A DNA stretch of 64,000 nucleotides from Squalus acanthias (lineage: Eukaryota), in the NCBI GenBank assembly GCA_030390025.1, contig CM059425.1, positions 167,278,001-167,342,000 of the forward strand, given 5' to 3'. The position numbers and the translations under genes are program-made. Shown piece after piece: positions 24,931 to 37,659 of this stretch; the stretch's first letter is position 1, and each line of letters starts with the position of its first letter. The notes under the pieces were generated by a model that worked only from the letters and a program-made list of their open reading frames with translations, was not told the origin of the DNA and ran no database searches.

Positions 24931-26040
24931 ATGAGTGCTCTAGTTGTCAACTCCCTTGGCCTGCAGCATGACAGAGATGGAGCAGAGGCAGCAAAGAAGA
25001 GGACAAGCTGCTCTCAGAGGGAGGAGGAGAAGGGATTTCCACAGGAGACCTTACCAACCTAGGGTCTTCCAAGAGCAATTCTCTTACCTCAGCCTGAGCC
25101 AGGAGCAGTGTGTCAGGCGCCTGCGCTTTACGAAGGAGGTGCTCACAGAATTCTGCCACCTCTTACAACCAGACCTGCGGCCTCACAATAGGGCAAGGAC
25201 AGCGCTGCCAGTGACTATGAAGGTGACCATGGCCCTGAATTTCTTCGCGTCAGGATCCTTTCAGGCTGGAGCAGGTGACATCTGTAACATCTCACAGTTC
25301 GCTGTCCACTGCTGAATAACAGAAGTGACAGATGCTCTTTATGCCAGGAGATGGGTACTTCATTATCTTCTCTCTGAACAGAGAGAAGCAGGTGAAGCAT
25401 GCACGTGGCTTTGCCAGAATAGCGGGATTCCCCCTGGTGCAGGGCGCTATCAACTGCAGGCACGTGGGTTTGCGGGCACCACAAAATGCTGAGATGTACC
25501 GTAGCCACAAAGGTTTTCACTCGCTGAATGTGCAGTTGGTGTGCGGCCATGCTCAGCATATCATGGTGAATGCTCGGTACCCTGGCAGCAATCATGATGC
25601 TTTTATTCTGCGCCAGTCCACTGTTCCCTCAGTCTTTGAGCCACCACCTCAAACCGGAGGCTAGCTACTGGGCGACAAGGGCTATCCCTTGACCACCTGG
25701 CTCATGACTCCGCTCCGCAACCCAACCACACTTGGCCAGCATGCGTACAATGAGAGCCATACTGTCACACGAAAAATCATAGAGCAGACCATTGGGGCGC
25801 TGAAGCAACAGTTCCGCTGCCTGGACCGCTCTAGAGGAGCCCTGCAGTACTCACCAGAGTGCGTCTCAAGAACCGTCATGGTCTGCTGCATGCTCCACAA
25901 CCTCGCCATCATGAGGGCACAGCCCTTGCCACCAGACATACGGCGACTAGCTGAGAAGGAGGAAGCGGAAAGGAGGAGGCAACACAGACAGCCCCTTTCT
26001 GCCCAGGCTGTCCGTGATCGACTCATCGACTACGGTGCCA
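24931..26040 (+). pseudogene. Harbinger (HARBI1-like) DDE transposase, disrupted
   Basis: ALNFFASGSFQ, GAINCRHV (first catalytic D->N), [40 protein letters not shown]; contains stops and frameshifts. Confidence 0.9.
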
Positions 26041-27211
26041 GTGAACGCAACACCAATTCCACATTCATCAATAGTCCCACACCTTACCATCCCTCTGATA
26101 CAGAACATCACAATGTCTTCTTGGCCACAATGCTGAAATGAAAGTCACCACAAAATAAATATTCCAATTCAAATTTTTACATCAATCCATCCAATGTTGC
26201 TTAAAAAAGTCAACTAATCACCCTTGTGCATTCCCTTAGTGACTGTCTTCCGTGTTGGTGCCGGACTTCTCTGTGGTCCTTGACATTGCACTCAGGCTTT
26301 CTGGCAGGCCTGCCAATGCACCAAGCATTTCATTGTGCATACCCATCAGCCATCTTCTGTAGGCCGCCCCATCTGTGTCCTCTGCAGCAGAACTCATGTT
26401 TGACCTCCACCTCCGGGGAGCTGGCACCTGCACTACAGTTTCCTCTGCCCTGGCTACAAGCCACTCGTGCCCGGTGTCTCGCCACATACAGATCCCGCAT
26501 CTTGCCTATCCTTTAAAGTACGTGGAATGTCAGTATCTGAGCTGGTGGCTGGGAGTGTGAAACCGAGTGACGCTGTATCTTCATGATCATTGTCTTCCTG
26601 CTCCTCCACCAGTGCCAACAGGTGGCAGTTCTTGGCTATCTGAAAGGAGAAAGACACAAGGGTAAGGTTGTGGTGGAGGGAGTTGAGGGTGGGTGGGGGG
26701 GAGTTAGAGGTGCATGCTTACACCATCTGCACCTTGTAAGTCAGAAGAGATAGTGGGATGAGGAGACGTGGAATGAGAAGGAGAATTAGGTATGAGGATA
26801 CCACCATCTTGGATTGCTTCAGCCCCACTGCTGGCCACGGGCTCAGCGATTGCCCTCCCAAGAATGGCCAGCACTGTCTCCTCCAGGGGGTGAGATTATG
26901 CAGGTGTGCCTGTGCCCCGTTGGGTTGCCCCTGCTGGCTCCGATTGTGAGCCACTTTGTTTTGCAAGAGTAAGAGAAGTGTCAGTGTTTGGGTGATGTGC
27001 CTGTCATTGGTGAATAACTGGCAGTGTGTGCAAACTGAAATGTGGGTGTGAGTCTTGTAGTAGGGGTAAGTGTGTGAAGGTGAGGTGAAGCTATGAATGT
27101 GGGATATGAGTCGTGTTTGGTAGAGATTGTCGGTAAGTGAGTGATGGGGGTGTGGTGCAGATGGTGGGATATGGCATTAGAAGATGCATTCACTGACCTT
27201 GACCACTCGGA

Positions 27212-27555
27212 GGGGTGACAAACAGCTTGGTGAAAGAGAGAGGTTTTAAGGAGGGTCATAAAGAAGCAGGGGTGGAGAGGCAAAGAGGTAATTCCAGAGC
27301 TTGGGGCCTAAACGACTGAAGGTATGGCTGCCAATGGTGGGGCGAAGGGAGTGGGATGCATAATAGACCAGAGTTGGAGGAACGCAGAGCTCCCTGAGAG
27401 TTTGAGGAGGTTAGAGATATGGACGAATGAGGCCATGGAGGGATTTGAACACAAGGATAAGTATTTTTAAATTGGTGGACCTGGAGCCAATGTAGGTCAG
27501 CGTGCACAGGGGTTATGGGTGAGTGGGACTTGGTGCAAATTAGGACATGGGTTGC
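27212..27555 (-). mobile_element. L2 LINE 3' fragment
   Basis: ADLHWL...LRSSNSGLL; homologous to 38585-39700. Confidence 0.75.
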
Positions 27556-28357
27556 ATCTTTGCAAGTCCATAATGAGGCTTGAGCTCACAAACTCCTGAC
27601 TCAGCTGAGAGTGCTAGCAGCTGAGCCAAATTGACACAAGTAATGCTGAAAACCAATAAACTAGCAACGCCATCTAACTAGTACTCAATTTATGGGCTTA
27701 AAAATGATGATGAAACAACATTTATTAAAATTAGTATCTATATCCAAACAAAATTTAAATGTTTGAAACACCTTGGTTATTATTTGTTCTACATTGGGGC
27801 TAAACTGTCCCCATATCCTTAGAACAAAAAAAAAAGCTTCTTCACTCTCAGCGGAACAGATCACTCTAACTCATACTCTGGAATAACAGGTTGCCTATGC
27901 CTATAAGAATGTTGTTTGTTCAGCATATATTGTGAATTAACTACCTGTGAAATGGGCAGTATGTGTTTAATAAAATAGCACCACAGTTATAATGTCGCTG
28001 CACATTTTAGGTTGTTTAGTTTTTAACTGTGCGCAATAAGACGCTGCAGGAACATTTTGGGAAAAATAATCAAGCTGAGAGCCCTGCTACTGGCCTGAAT
28101 GACGCAAAGCATACACAATAGTACCAGTGTTTAAAATTTGTTCAATTAGTAATACTTTAACATTAAAGCATTAGGTGTTGTTACAAAGATAACAAAACTT
28201 AGAAGTGTAGTAAACAGTGAGGAAGATAATAATAGACTTCAAGAAGACATAGACAGGCTGGTGGAATGGGTGGACACATGGCAGATGAAATTCAACACCG
28301 AGAAGTGTGAGATGATACATTTTGGTAGGAAGAATGAGGGGAGACCAGGCATACTAA

Positions 28358-28569
28358 ATAAGAACATAAGAACATAAGAAATAGGAGCAGGAGTAGGCCA
28401 ATCGGCCCCTCGAGCCTGCTCCGCCATTCAATAAGATCATGGCTGATCTGATCCTAACCGCCAATCTACTATCTATCACAGAACCATCTCCTGCATCTAA
28501 CAGAATTGCACACACGAAATAGGAGCAGAATCAGGCTACACGGTCCCTGGGCCCGCTCCACTACCCACA
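28358..28569 (-). mobile_element. Short CR1 3'UTR insertion
   Basis: Matches 30505-30705 apart from a 3-bp indel; (ATAAGAAC)n tail. Confidence 0.9.
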
Positions 28570-29077
28570 TGGGGGTACAAGAACAGAGAGACCTGGGGGT
28601 GCTTGTGCACAAATCTTTGAAGGTGGCAGGACAGGTTAACAATGCAGTTAATAAAGCGTATGGGATCCTAGGCTTTATAAATAGAGGCATAGAGTACAAA
28701 AGCCAGGAAGTTATGCTAAACCTGTATAAAACACTAGTTTGGCCCCAGCTGGAGTATTGTGTCCAATTCTGAGCACCACACTTTAGGAAGGATGTGAAGG
28801 CTTTGGAAGAGGGTACAGAAGAGATTTACTAGAATGCTTCCAGGGATGAGGGATTACAGTTACGTGGATGGACTGGAGAAGTTAGGGTTGTTCTCCTTGG
28901 AGCAGAGAAGGCTAAGAGGAGATTTGATAGAGGTGTTTAAAATCATGAAGGGTTTAAATAGAGAAACTGTTTCCAATGGCTGAAGGGTCGATAACGTGAG
29001 GGTACAGATTTAAGGTAATAACAGAAAGCGCTGGAAAAACTCAGCAGGCCAGGCAACATCCGTGGAGAGAGAAACAG

Positions 29078-29114
29078 AGTTAACGTTTCAGGTCGAAGAC
29101 CCTTCATCAGAACT
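29078..29114 (-). ncRNA. Minimal type I hammerhead ribozyme in PLE pLTR
   Basis: Minus strand: AGTT-CTGATGA-AGGGTCTTCGACCT-GAAA-CGTT-AACT; stem I AGTT/AACT, stem II GGTC/GACC, palindromic AACGTT. Confidence 0.85.
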
Positions 29115-30504
29115 GAGAAAAAAAGCAGGAAATGAAACAGATGAAAAAGCAAATTGGGGGCTAGGAAATGGGGGAGGGAATAAAAGAACAAAAGGAAAGG
29201 TCAGTGAGAAGTAAAGAGACATTAATAGATATTCGAGACGAGATGGTAATAGGACAGGTTAAGAAACAAAAGATGGCTCGAGATGAAGTGTGAAATGCGC
29301 TGGCAGAATGAAAGACAGCTGCAATGTGGGAGAGGAAAAAAAAGGAAAAGGCACAAACCAAAAGTGTGGATAAAAAATATATAAATATGGTAGGGGCCGA
29401 GGTTATGATCTGAAATTGTTGAACTCGATATTGAGTCCGGAAGGCTGTAAAGTGCCTAATCGGAAGATAAGGTGCTGTTCCTCGAGCTTACGCTGAACTT
29501 CCGTGGAACAATGCAAGAGGCCGAGGACGGTGAGGTCTGAGTGGGTGTGAAGTGGTGAATTAAAATGACAGGCGACCGGAAGCTCGGGGTCACCCTTACG
29601 GACTGAACGGAGGTGTTCCGCAAAGCGGTCACCCAATCTGCATTTGCTCTCCCCAATGTAGAGGAGACCACATCGTGAGCAGCGAATACAGTATACTAGA
29701 TTGCAAGAAGTACAAGTAAATCACTGTTTCACCTGGAAGGGGTGTTTAGGGCCCTTGAGAGTGGGAAGGGGGGAGGTATCAGGGCAGGTGTTGCATCTCC
29801 TGCGCTTGCACGGGAAGGTGCCGGGCGAAGGGGAAGGTGTGCTGGGGGTGATAGAGGAGTGGACTAGGGTGTCTCGGAGGGAGCGGTCCCTACGGAATGC
29901 TGAAAGGGGAGGTGAGGGGAAGATGCGTTTGGTGGTGGGATCACGTTGGAGGTGGCGGAAATGGCGGAGGATGATCCATTGAATGTGGAGGCTGGTGGGG
30001 TGAAAGGTGAGGACAAGGGGAACTCTATCGTGGTTCCGGGAGGGAGGGGCAGGGGTGAGGGCAGGGGTGAGGGCAGAAGTGCGGGAGATAGAATGGACAC
30101 GGTCGAGGGCCGTGTCAGCCACGGTAGAGGGGAATCCTCGGTTGAGGAAAAAGGAAGACATGTCGGAAGCATTGGTATGGAAGGTGGCATCGTCGGAGCA
30201 GATGCGGCGCAGACGGAGAAACTGGGAGAATGGAATAGAGTCCTTACAGGAGGCAGGGTGGGAGGAAGTGTAGTCCAAGTAGCTGTGGGAGTCAGTGGGC
30301 TTGTAGTGCATGTTGGTCAATAACCTATCCCCAGAGATGGAGACGGAGAAGTCAAGGAAGGGAAGAGTCGGAGATGGACCATGTGAAGGTGAGGGAAGGT
30401 TGGAAATTGGAGGCAAAGTGAATGAAATTGTCTAGTTCGGGGCGAGAGCAGGAGACGGCACCGATACAGTCATCAATGTACCGGAAAAAGAGGTGAGGGA
30501 GGGG

Positions 30505-33355
30505 ACATAAGAAATAGGAGCAGGAGTAGGCCAATCGGCCCCTCGAGCCTGCTCCGCCATTCAATAAGATCATGGCTGATCTGATCCTAACCGCCAATCT
30601 ACTATCTACTATCACAGAACCATCTCCTGCATCTAACAGAATTGCACACACGAAATAGGAGCAGAATCAGGCTACACGGTCCCTGGGCCCGCTCCACTAC
30701 CCACAGGGCCATGACCGATCCGAACCTAGACTCATGTCCAAATTCCTGCCCGCTCCCCGTAACTCTTAATGCCCTTTACTTCTAGGAAACTGTCTATTTC
30801 TGTTTTAAATTTATTTAATGATGTAGCTTCTACAGCTTTTTGTGGCAGCATATTCCATGGACCTACCACCCTCTGAGTGAAGTAGTTCCTCCTCATCTCA
30901 GTTTTGAAAGAGCAGCCCCTTATTCTAAGACTATGTCCACTAGTTCTAGTCTCACCCGTCATCGGGAACATCCACCCGATCCAACCCCTTCACAATCTTA
31001 TATGTTTCAATAAGATCGCCTCTCATTCTTCTGAACTCCAATGAGTAGAGTCCCAATCTACCCAACCTCTCCTCATATGACCACCCCCTCATCCCCGGGA
31101 TTAACCGAGTGAACCTTTTTTGCACTGCCTCGAGAGCAAGGATGTCTTTCCTTAAGTAAGGACACCAAAACTGTATGCAGTATTCCAGGTGCGGTCTCAC
31201 CAATACCTTGTACAACTGAAGCAATACCTCCCTATTTTTATATTCTATCCCCCTAGCAATGAAAGCCAAAATTCCATTTGCCTTCTTAATCACTTGCTGC
31301 ACCTGCATACTAACTTTTTGAGTTTCGTGCACCAGGACCCCCAGATCCCTTTGCACTTCAGTACTCTCCAGTTTCTTGCCATTAAGATAATAAATTGCTC
31401 TAGGATTTTTCCTGCCAAAGTGCATCACCTCACACTTTCCAGTGTTGTATTCCATCTGCCAAATCTCTGCCCACTTACTTAGCCTGTCTATGTCCCCTTG
31501 CAGGTTTTTTATGTCCTCCTCACTCACTACTTTCCCTCCCATCTTTGTATCATCTGCAAATTTTGATATGTTACACTTGGTCCCTTCCTCCAAATCGTTA
31601 ATATAGATTGTAAAGAGTTGGGGACCCAGCACTGACCCCTGTGGAACACCACTAGTTACTGATTGCCAGTCTGAGAATGAACCATTTATCCCAACTCTTT
31701 GCTTTCTGTTAGATAGCCAATCCTCTATCCATGCCAGAATATTACCCCCAATCCCGTGATTTTTTACCTTAAGCAATAATCTTTTGTGTGGCACCTTGTC
31801 AAATGCCTTTTGGAAGTCTAAATACACTACGTCCACTGGTTCCCCTTTATCCACTCTATATGTTACTTCCTCAAAGAACTCCAGCAAATTTGTCAAACAT
31901 GACTTCCCCTTCGTAAAACCATGCTGACTTTGTCCTATTAAATTATGATTATCCAAATGTCCTGTTACTGTTTCCTTAATAATGGACTCCAAAATTTTAC
32001 CTACCACAGATGTTAGGCTAACCGGTCTATAGTTACCAGCCTTCTGTCTACTGCCCTTTTTAAATAAGGGTGTTACATTAGCAGTTTTCCAGTCTGCCGG
32101 GACCTTAGCGGAATCCAGGGAGTTTTGAAAAATTATTACCAATGCATCTACAATCCCTACCGCCACTTCCTTCAAGACTCTAGGATGTAAGCCATCAGGT
32201 CCAGGTGATTTATCCGCCTTGAGTCCCATTATTTTACCGAGTACCACTTCCTTAGTGATTTTGATCGTGTTTAGCTCCTCTCCCCCTATAGCCCCCTGTT
32301 TGTCCAGTGTTGGGATATTCTTAGTGTCCTCTACTGTAAAGACTGATACAAAATATTCATTCAGTGTATTTGCCATCTCCATATTTCCCACCATTAATTT
32401 CCCGGTCTCATCCTCTAAGGGACCAACATTTACTTTAGCCACCCTTTTTCTTTTTATATAACTATAAAAACTCTTACTATCTGTTTTTATATTTTTTGCT
32501 AATTTACTTTCATAATCTATCTTCCCTTTCTTAATCAATCTTTTAGTTATTTTTGCTGCCTTTTAAAGTTTTCCCAATCCTCTGTCCTCCCACTAGATTT
32601 CGCTACCTTATATGCCCTTGTTTTTAGTCGAATACTATCCTTAATTTCTTTACTTAGCCACGGATGACTGTCCTTTCTTTTACACCCTTTTCTTTTCAGT
32701 GGAATATATATTTTTTGGAAGTTGTAAAATAACTCCTTGAATGTACACCACTGATCATGTGTCGTCTTACCCTTTAATCTATTTTCCCAATCCACTCTAC
32801 TCAATTCCGCTCGCATACCTTCATAGTCTCCTTTATTCAAGCTTAGCACGCTTGTTTGAGATCCAACCTTCTCACCCTCTAATTGAATATGGAATTCAAC
32901 CATGTTATGGTCACTCATTCCAAGGGGATCCTTTACTAGGACATTTTTAATTAATCCTGTCTCGTTGCACAGGACCAGATCTAAGGTTGCTTGCCCCCTG
33001 CTCAAGAAACCCATCCCTAATACACTCAATGAACTCATCCTCAAGGCAGCCCTGCCCCATTTGATTTGTCCAATTAATATGATAGTTAAAATCCCCCATA
33101 ATTATAGATGTTCCCTTATTACATGCCTCAACTATTTCCTGATTGATACTCCGTCCAACAGAGTTGCAACTGTTCGGAGGCCTATAGACTACGCCCACTA
33201 GTGTTTTTTTCCCCTTATTATTCCTTATCTCCACCCAAACTGTTTCATTATCATGATTTTTTGACCCAATATCATTACTCTGTATTACAGTGATTCCTTC
33301 CTTTATTAACATAGCCACCCCACCTCCCCTTCCTTCCTGCCTGTCCTTCCTGATC
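30505..33355 (-). mobile_element. Young CR1 (partial EN + near-intact RT) nested in the PLE
   Basis: 528-aa open RT ORF at 30952-32538; EN motifs GVVYRPP, MGDFN, SDHN; few lesions. Confidence 0.95.
30952..32538 (-). pseudogene. CR1 ORF2 reverse transcriptase (528-aa open segment)
   Basis: [38 protein letters not shown]. Confidence 0.92.
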
Positions 33356-34180
33356 GAGTAGGACTGGAACAAGGAGTGTTCCACATATCCCACGAACAGG
33401 CAGGCATAGCTAGGACCCATGCGGGTACCCATAGCAACACCTTTGATTTGGAGGAAATGAGTGGAGTCAAAGGAGAAGTTGTTCAATGTGAGAACAAGTT
33501 CAGCCAGGTGGATTTAAGGTGATTGGCAAAAGAACCAGAGGCAACATGAGGAAAAACATTTTTACGCAACGAGTGGTTAGGATTTGGAGTGCACTGCCTG
33601 ATAAGGGTGGTGGATACAGATTCGATAGCAGCCTTCAAAAGGGAATTGGATAAATGCTTGAAGGAGAAAAAATTGCAGGGATATGGGGAAAGAGCGGGGA
33701 AGTGGGACTAACTGGATTGGTCTTCGAAAGAGCCGGTACAAACTCAATGGTCCGAATCGCCGCCTTCTGTGCTGTACTATTCTATTCTAACGTTTTAATT
33801 TCTGCAAAAACTTTCAAATTAAGTGGTTGCATATTCACTGTGATGGTGATAATACACTTGCTCAACATTCATTAGCATATAGTTGTGTAGTTTGCATTTC
33901 CCACAAACTCTTAGAAGAATGTGAAAGCTCACTTCTGCGGCTGGGAGCAATCAACACGGTGGCGCATGATGAGACTTAATAGCCTTCATATTTATTACGT
34001 TAATTGGATTTTCCCCATTCAGTGAAAGTACAAAGTAGCAAATTCCATGATTTTTAAAGCTTCTCTTTTTTCTGTATTTTATTTCAAAAAGCCAAACACT
34101 ACAAACACAAGTTGAACCAGAAGAACATTTTGTTACAGTACAGTATTTGTCTAACACACAAGTATACTGTACAAAAATTG

Positions 34181-34860
34181 CATAGAATTTTACAGCACAG
34201 AAACAGGCCATTCTGTGTTTATGCTCCACACATGCCTCCTCCCACTCTCTACTTCATCTCACCCTATCAACATCTCCTTCTATTCCTTTCTCCCTTATGC
34301 ACTTATCTAGCCTCTCCTTAACTGCATCTATGCTATTCGCCTCAACTGCTTCTTGTAGTAGCGAATTCCACATTCTCATTGCTCTCTGTGTAAAGAAGTT
34401 TCTCCTAAATTCCTCATTGATTTTAATAGTGACTATCTTTATGGACTCCCCCCACCCACCCACCCCACAAGTTGAAACATCTTCTCTATCTCTACATCTA
34501 CCCTATCAAACCCCTTCATAATTTTAAAGACCTCTTTCAGGTCACCTCTCAGTCTTTTCTTTTCTAGAGAAAAGAGTCCAGCCTGCTCAGTCTTTCCTGA
34601 TGGTTGTACCTGTCAGTTCTGGTATCATTCTTTTTTGCACTTTCTCCAGTGCTTCTCTATCCTTTTTGTAATATGGAGACCAGAACTATGCACAGTGCTC
34701 TGTGTGGTCTAACCAAGGTTCTGTACAAGTTTAACATAACTTCTGTTTTTTGAATTCTATTCCTATAGAAATGAACCCCAGTGTTTTGTATACACTTTTT
34801 ATGGCTTTGTTAACCTGCGTTGCTATTTTTAATTTATGAATCTGCACCCCTAGATCCCAT
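34181..34860 (-). mobile_element. CR1 3' fragment
   Basis: RRNFFTQR...WNSL; CR1 tail. Confidence 0.8.
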
Positions 34861-35516
34861 GGTGTTGTAAAAATACTTAAATTGTGAGTAAAGACACACA
34901 TGTCTAACATCTTCCAGAAGTTGAAATAAGTAAATTAGAGCCTTATTTGAAAGTATTCCATTGTTCCATAAAACTGTGATGGGTACTCTGTAACCTACCA
35001 TGCGGGTCCTACTGTTCCGGATTGGCACTCTGTCTGAGGTCGGGAGCCAGATGGCCCCAGTTTTCTGTGGAGATGTTCCAAAATGAAGACACACTCACTG
35101 TAAATATTGTCACTGAGCAACCTAGCAAGGGAGGGATGCCCAAAATCATGTGCCTCTCCGCAGCTAAGCAAATTTATGTTTGTTTCCTAAGAATATATTT
35201 TGGTAAATATAAAATTGAAGAGTACTCCCCTGAGGAAAATATTGTCCCAAGAATTACTTTCTTTTCAGCTGTTTTTTTTAAAACTTGTGCTACACGCTGA
35301 GCAACTTTAGCTGTAAAAGAAGAAAATACAAGCACAGATCCCTTTCTGGAGCTAGTCGCCCAGGCAATAAAATTTATGCAGTCACTTTTCTAACTGTGTA
35401 AATTAAAACAAATGCACTATAAAATATTTAAACTGTAATTTTAATAAATACGCACTGCATCTCTAACAACAATCTCATGGTGGTAGAGAAATGTTATTTT
35501 AGTATCACAACTTTTG

Positions 35517-36403
35517 GGGGGAGAAATTCGGTATCGCCCCATTTGGGGCGCAATTATCGGCCGGGCGCAAAGATTAGCGCCTGGCGCTAATTATCGCCTC
35601 CGACTGCAAACTTGACTTTTATCGCCCCTGGAGGTGATTGGAGCGCTAAATCAGGTGCTACACATCTGTCTTAAGGCGCAAAGGCTGAGGAGCGAGGCGC
35701 TAACTCAGAGCGCTGACGTAACTCATGTGATGTCAGTCAGCAATGGAACACAGACACACTGGCGCTGGCGGCCAGTTCTTAAAGGGGAGGGTTGATCTTG
35801 CTTTCCATCCACATCCTGCTCATTGCAGCCTTGAATCTCGGCCTGGAGAGACCTGTACATTAAATCTGCTGGAAAGAACAATGGAGAGAACCAGGGAAAG
35901 AGCTCAGAATGCAACCCCCACAATCTCTTCTAAATCGATACAAGGAAGGGCAAATCAAAATGAACCTGCAAAGTGCTGCTCAGTACCCAAAACTCCTTCA
36001 CACAGCGTTGAATCTCTCCAGAAGTCTCTCTCTCTCTCTCTCTCTCTCTCAGAATGCGTGGTTCAAAAATGTCACCAACAAAAAAAGGCAGGAAGCGGTC
36101 GCCTTTAAATAGCACTCCCCCAGTCCCTTCCTGACTGCAAAACGCTCCCCTCAACCTGTCGTTGCTAGCGGCAGGCGGTAAGGTATGGGGCGCCACTCAA
36201 TATCCGCTCCGGGGCGTTGCGCACTCGACTGACGTCACGATCTGCAGGAGATCGTGGCGGTAGTGTTTAGCGCCGCCGCAAAATGGCTAGTTAATTGCGC
36301 GAGCGGCGCAAACATCGCCGCGCCCGGGCGCTAGTTGCTTTGCGCCCCATTAGCGCCCTCTTAAGGCGCTAAAGGGAGGCGCAACCAACTGAATTTTTCC
36401 CCC
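35517..36403. mobile_element. PIF/Harbinger MITE family M1, copy 1
   Basis: TIRs GGGGGAGAAATTC / GAATTTTTCCCCC; 3-bp TSD TTG; central (CT)n. Confidence 0.85.
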
Positions 36404-37659
36404 TTGATATTTCGTCAATGTTAGGTATTGTAAATAAGACATTCTTTGTTCAACTAACTGGTATAAATCCATTTAATTTGACAGAAAAAAATGCTCCAAT
36501 TTCTTCCGAATGATTTATATAAACTAACGAATAGCTTACTAAATTTGATGAGTTTCCAAACAAAGTTATCATAACCGAACCAGAACCATCTGTTCTGGAG
36601 GCTTTAAGGAAGTCATAACTATCAGAACTATTTCCAATAATTATAATAGTGATGAGAATGTAGCATCTACTATATATAATAAATAATATAGTGACTTGTA
36701 TGTAATAACTTTCAGGGAATATCCTTTTATGTACTATTATTGGGTTGTTGGCATCATTTGTAAAATATCACTTGAATATACTAAATTATTTTCAGAATAA
36801 GTTAATTAGATTTGTAACTGAAAAGCTTGTGTAGAAGCTTCATCTTTATATATTAATTAGATATTGATTTGATGAGAGTTGCAGTCATGTCACTAAACTG
36901 GTCTAATACAATCAGTTTTTCTCTGTGGCCATAAATGTGAGAGCAACAATGTCTGCACACCCTTACAACTGGCGTTTCTGAAGCCTATAATGTTGCTGCA
37001 TGTAGGAATTATTTTTTCTCCACTCCCTTTGGTGTGTTGTTTCTATCACAAAGAATGATTTATGTAGCAAGTATCGGGTCCCTGTTGTGATCGTAACTGA
37101 GACTGTTGAGTGAGATATCCTCGTGACAACTAACTTTGACACGGGTGGAAAAAGATTGATGAGTTAGGAGCCCTGCTACTGGCGCTTGCAGAAAGTGCAT
37201 TCATCTGTGCCATTTGCTTCAACTATTGTGTATAAATTCCTACCTTGTATTATTGCCTTTTAAAGTAGAGAAATTTCTTAATTTCAAAATGTGAATATGA
37301 TGGGTTCAGCAAGTTATTAGATGTAGAAATTAATAGTCTATAAAATGGTAACCACACATTTTAAAATATGAAATAACATTTACAGCAAGTTTTTACATGT
37401 TTGTATCCTAAAGTTTAGAGAAAATCAGTGAATCAAGTTGGGGTATAGTTCCACAAGGGCATACATGCTAACCATCAGCGTTTTGTAGGGATAGTCAGCA
37501 ATTGGGCCTAGCATCCACTTTGTCCTTGTTTGACTTTAATAAGGAGCCGGATACCAGATATCCTTATCCAAACTTCCAGGTTGCTTCTGAACAGCTGTGT
37601 TTTGAATTTTTATTCATGTGCTGCCAATTCACACGGTTTCTATATTCAACAGGACCAGA

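Larger units (their letters stand above)
21677..27210 (+). mobile_element. Decayed autonomous PIF/Harbinger transposon (transposase on +, Myb/SANT gene on -); interrupted by CR1; right end lost under L2
   Basis: Left TIR-like GGCCCGGATTTT at 21677; HARBI1-like transposase; internal homology to 51138-53368. Confidence 0.8.
29017..33510 (-). mobile_element. Penelope-like element (family 1): RT + GIY-YIG endonuclease + pLTR; 5'-truncated and split by CR1
   Basis: GVAMGTRMGPSYA, FFRYIDD, LPFLD, YKPTDSHSYL, CKRRRCNTC, RFAEH...HF...GLNIEF; 10-bp TSD GATTTAAGGT (29007-29016 / 33511-33520). Confidence 0.93.
28190..33790 (+). mobile_element. Host CR1 3' portion (28190-29016 plus 33511-33790) with nested insertions
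   Basis: Continuous with the 10790-11660 family once the inserts are removed. Confidence 0.85.

Noticed and set aside
24931..26040. Domesticated HARBI1 host gene
   Set aside because: In-frame stops, frameshifts, a mutated catalytic Asp and a transposon context indicate a dead transposase.
32947..33486. 179-aa ORF that appears to fuse a PLE RT with an APE endonuclease
   Set aside because: Chance in-frame junction where the CR1 inserted into the PLE (…FQSYS|IRKDR…); the PLE resumes near 30504. Not a novel chimeric gene.
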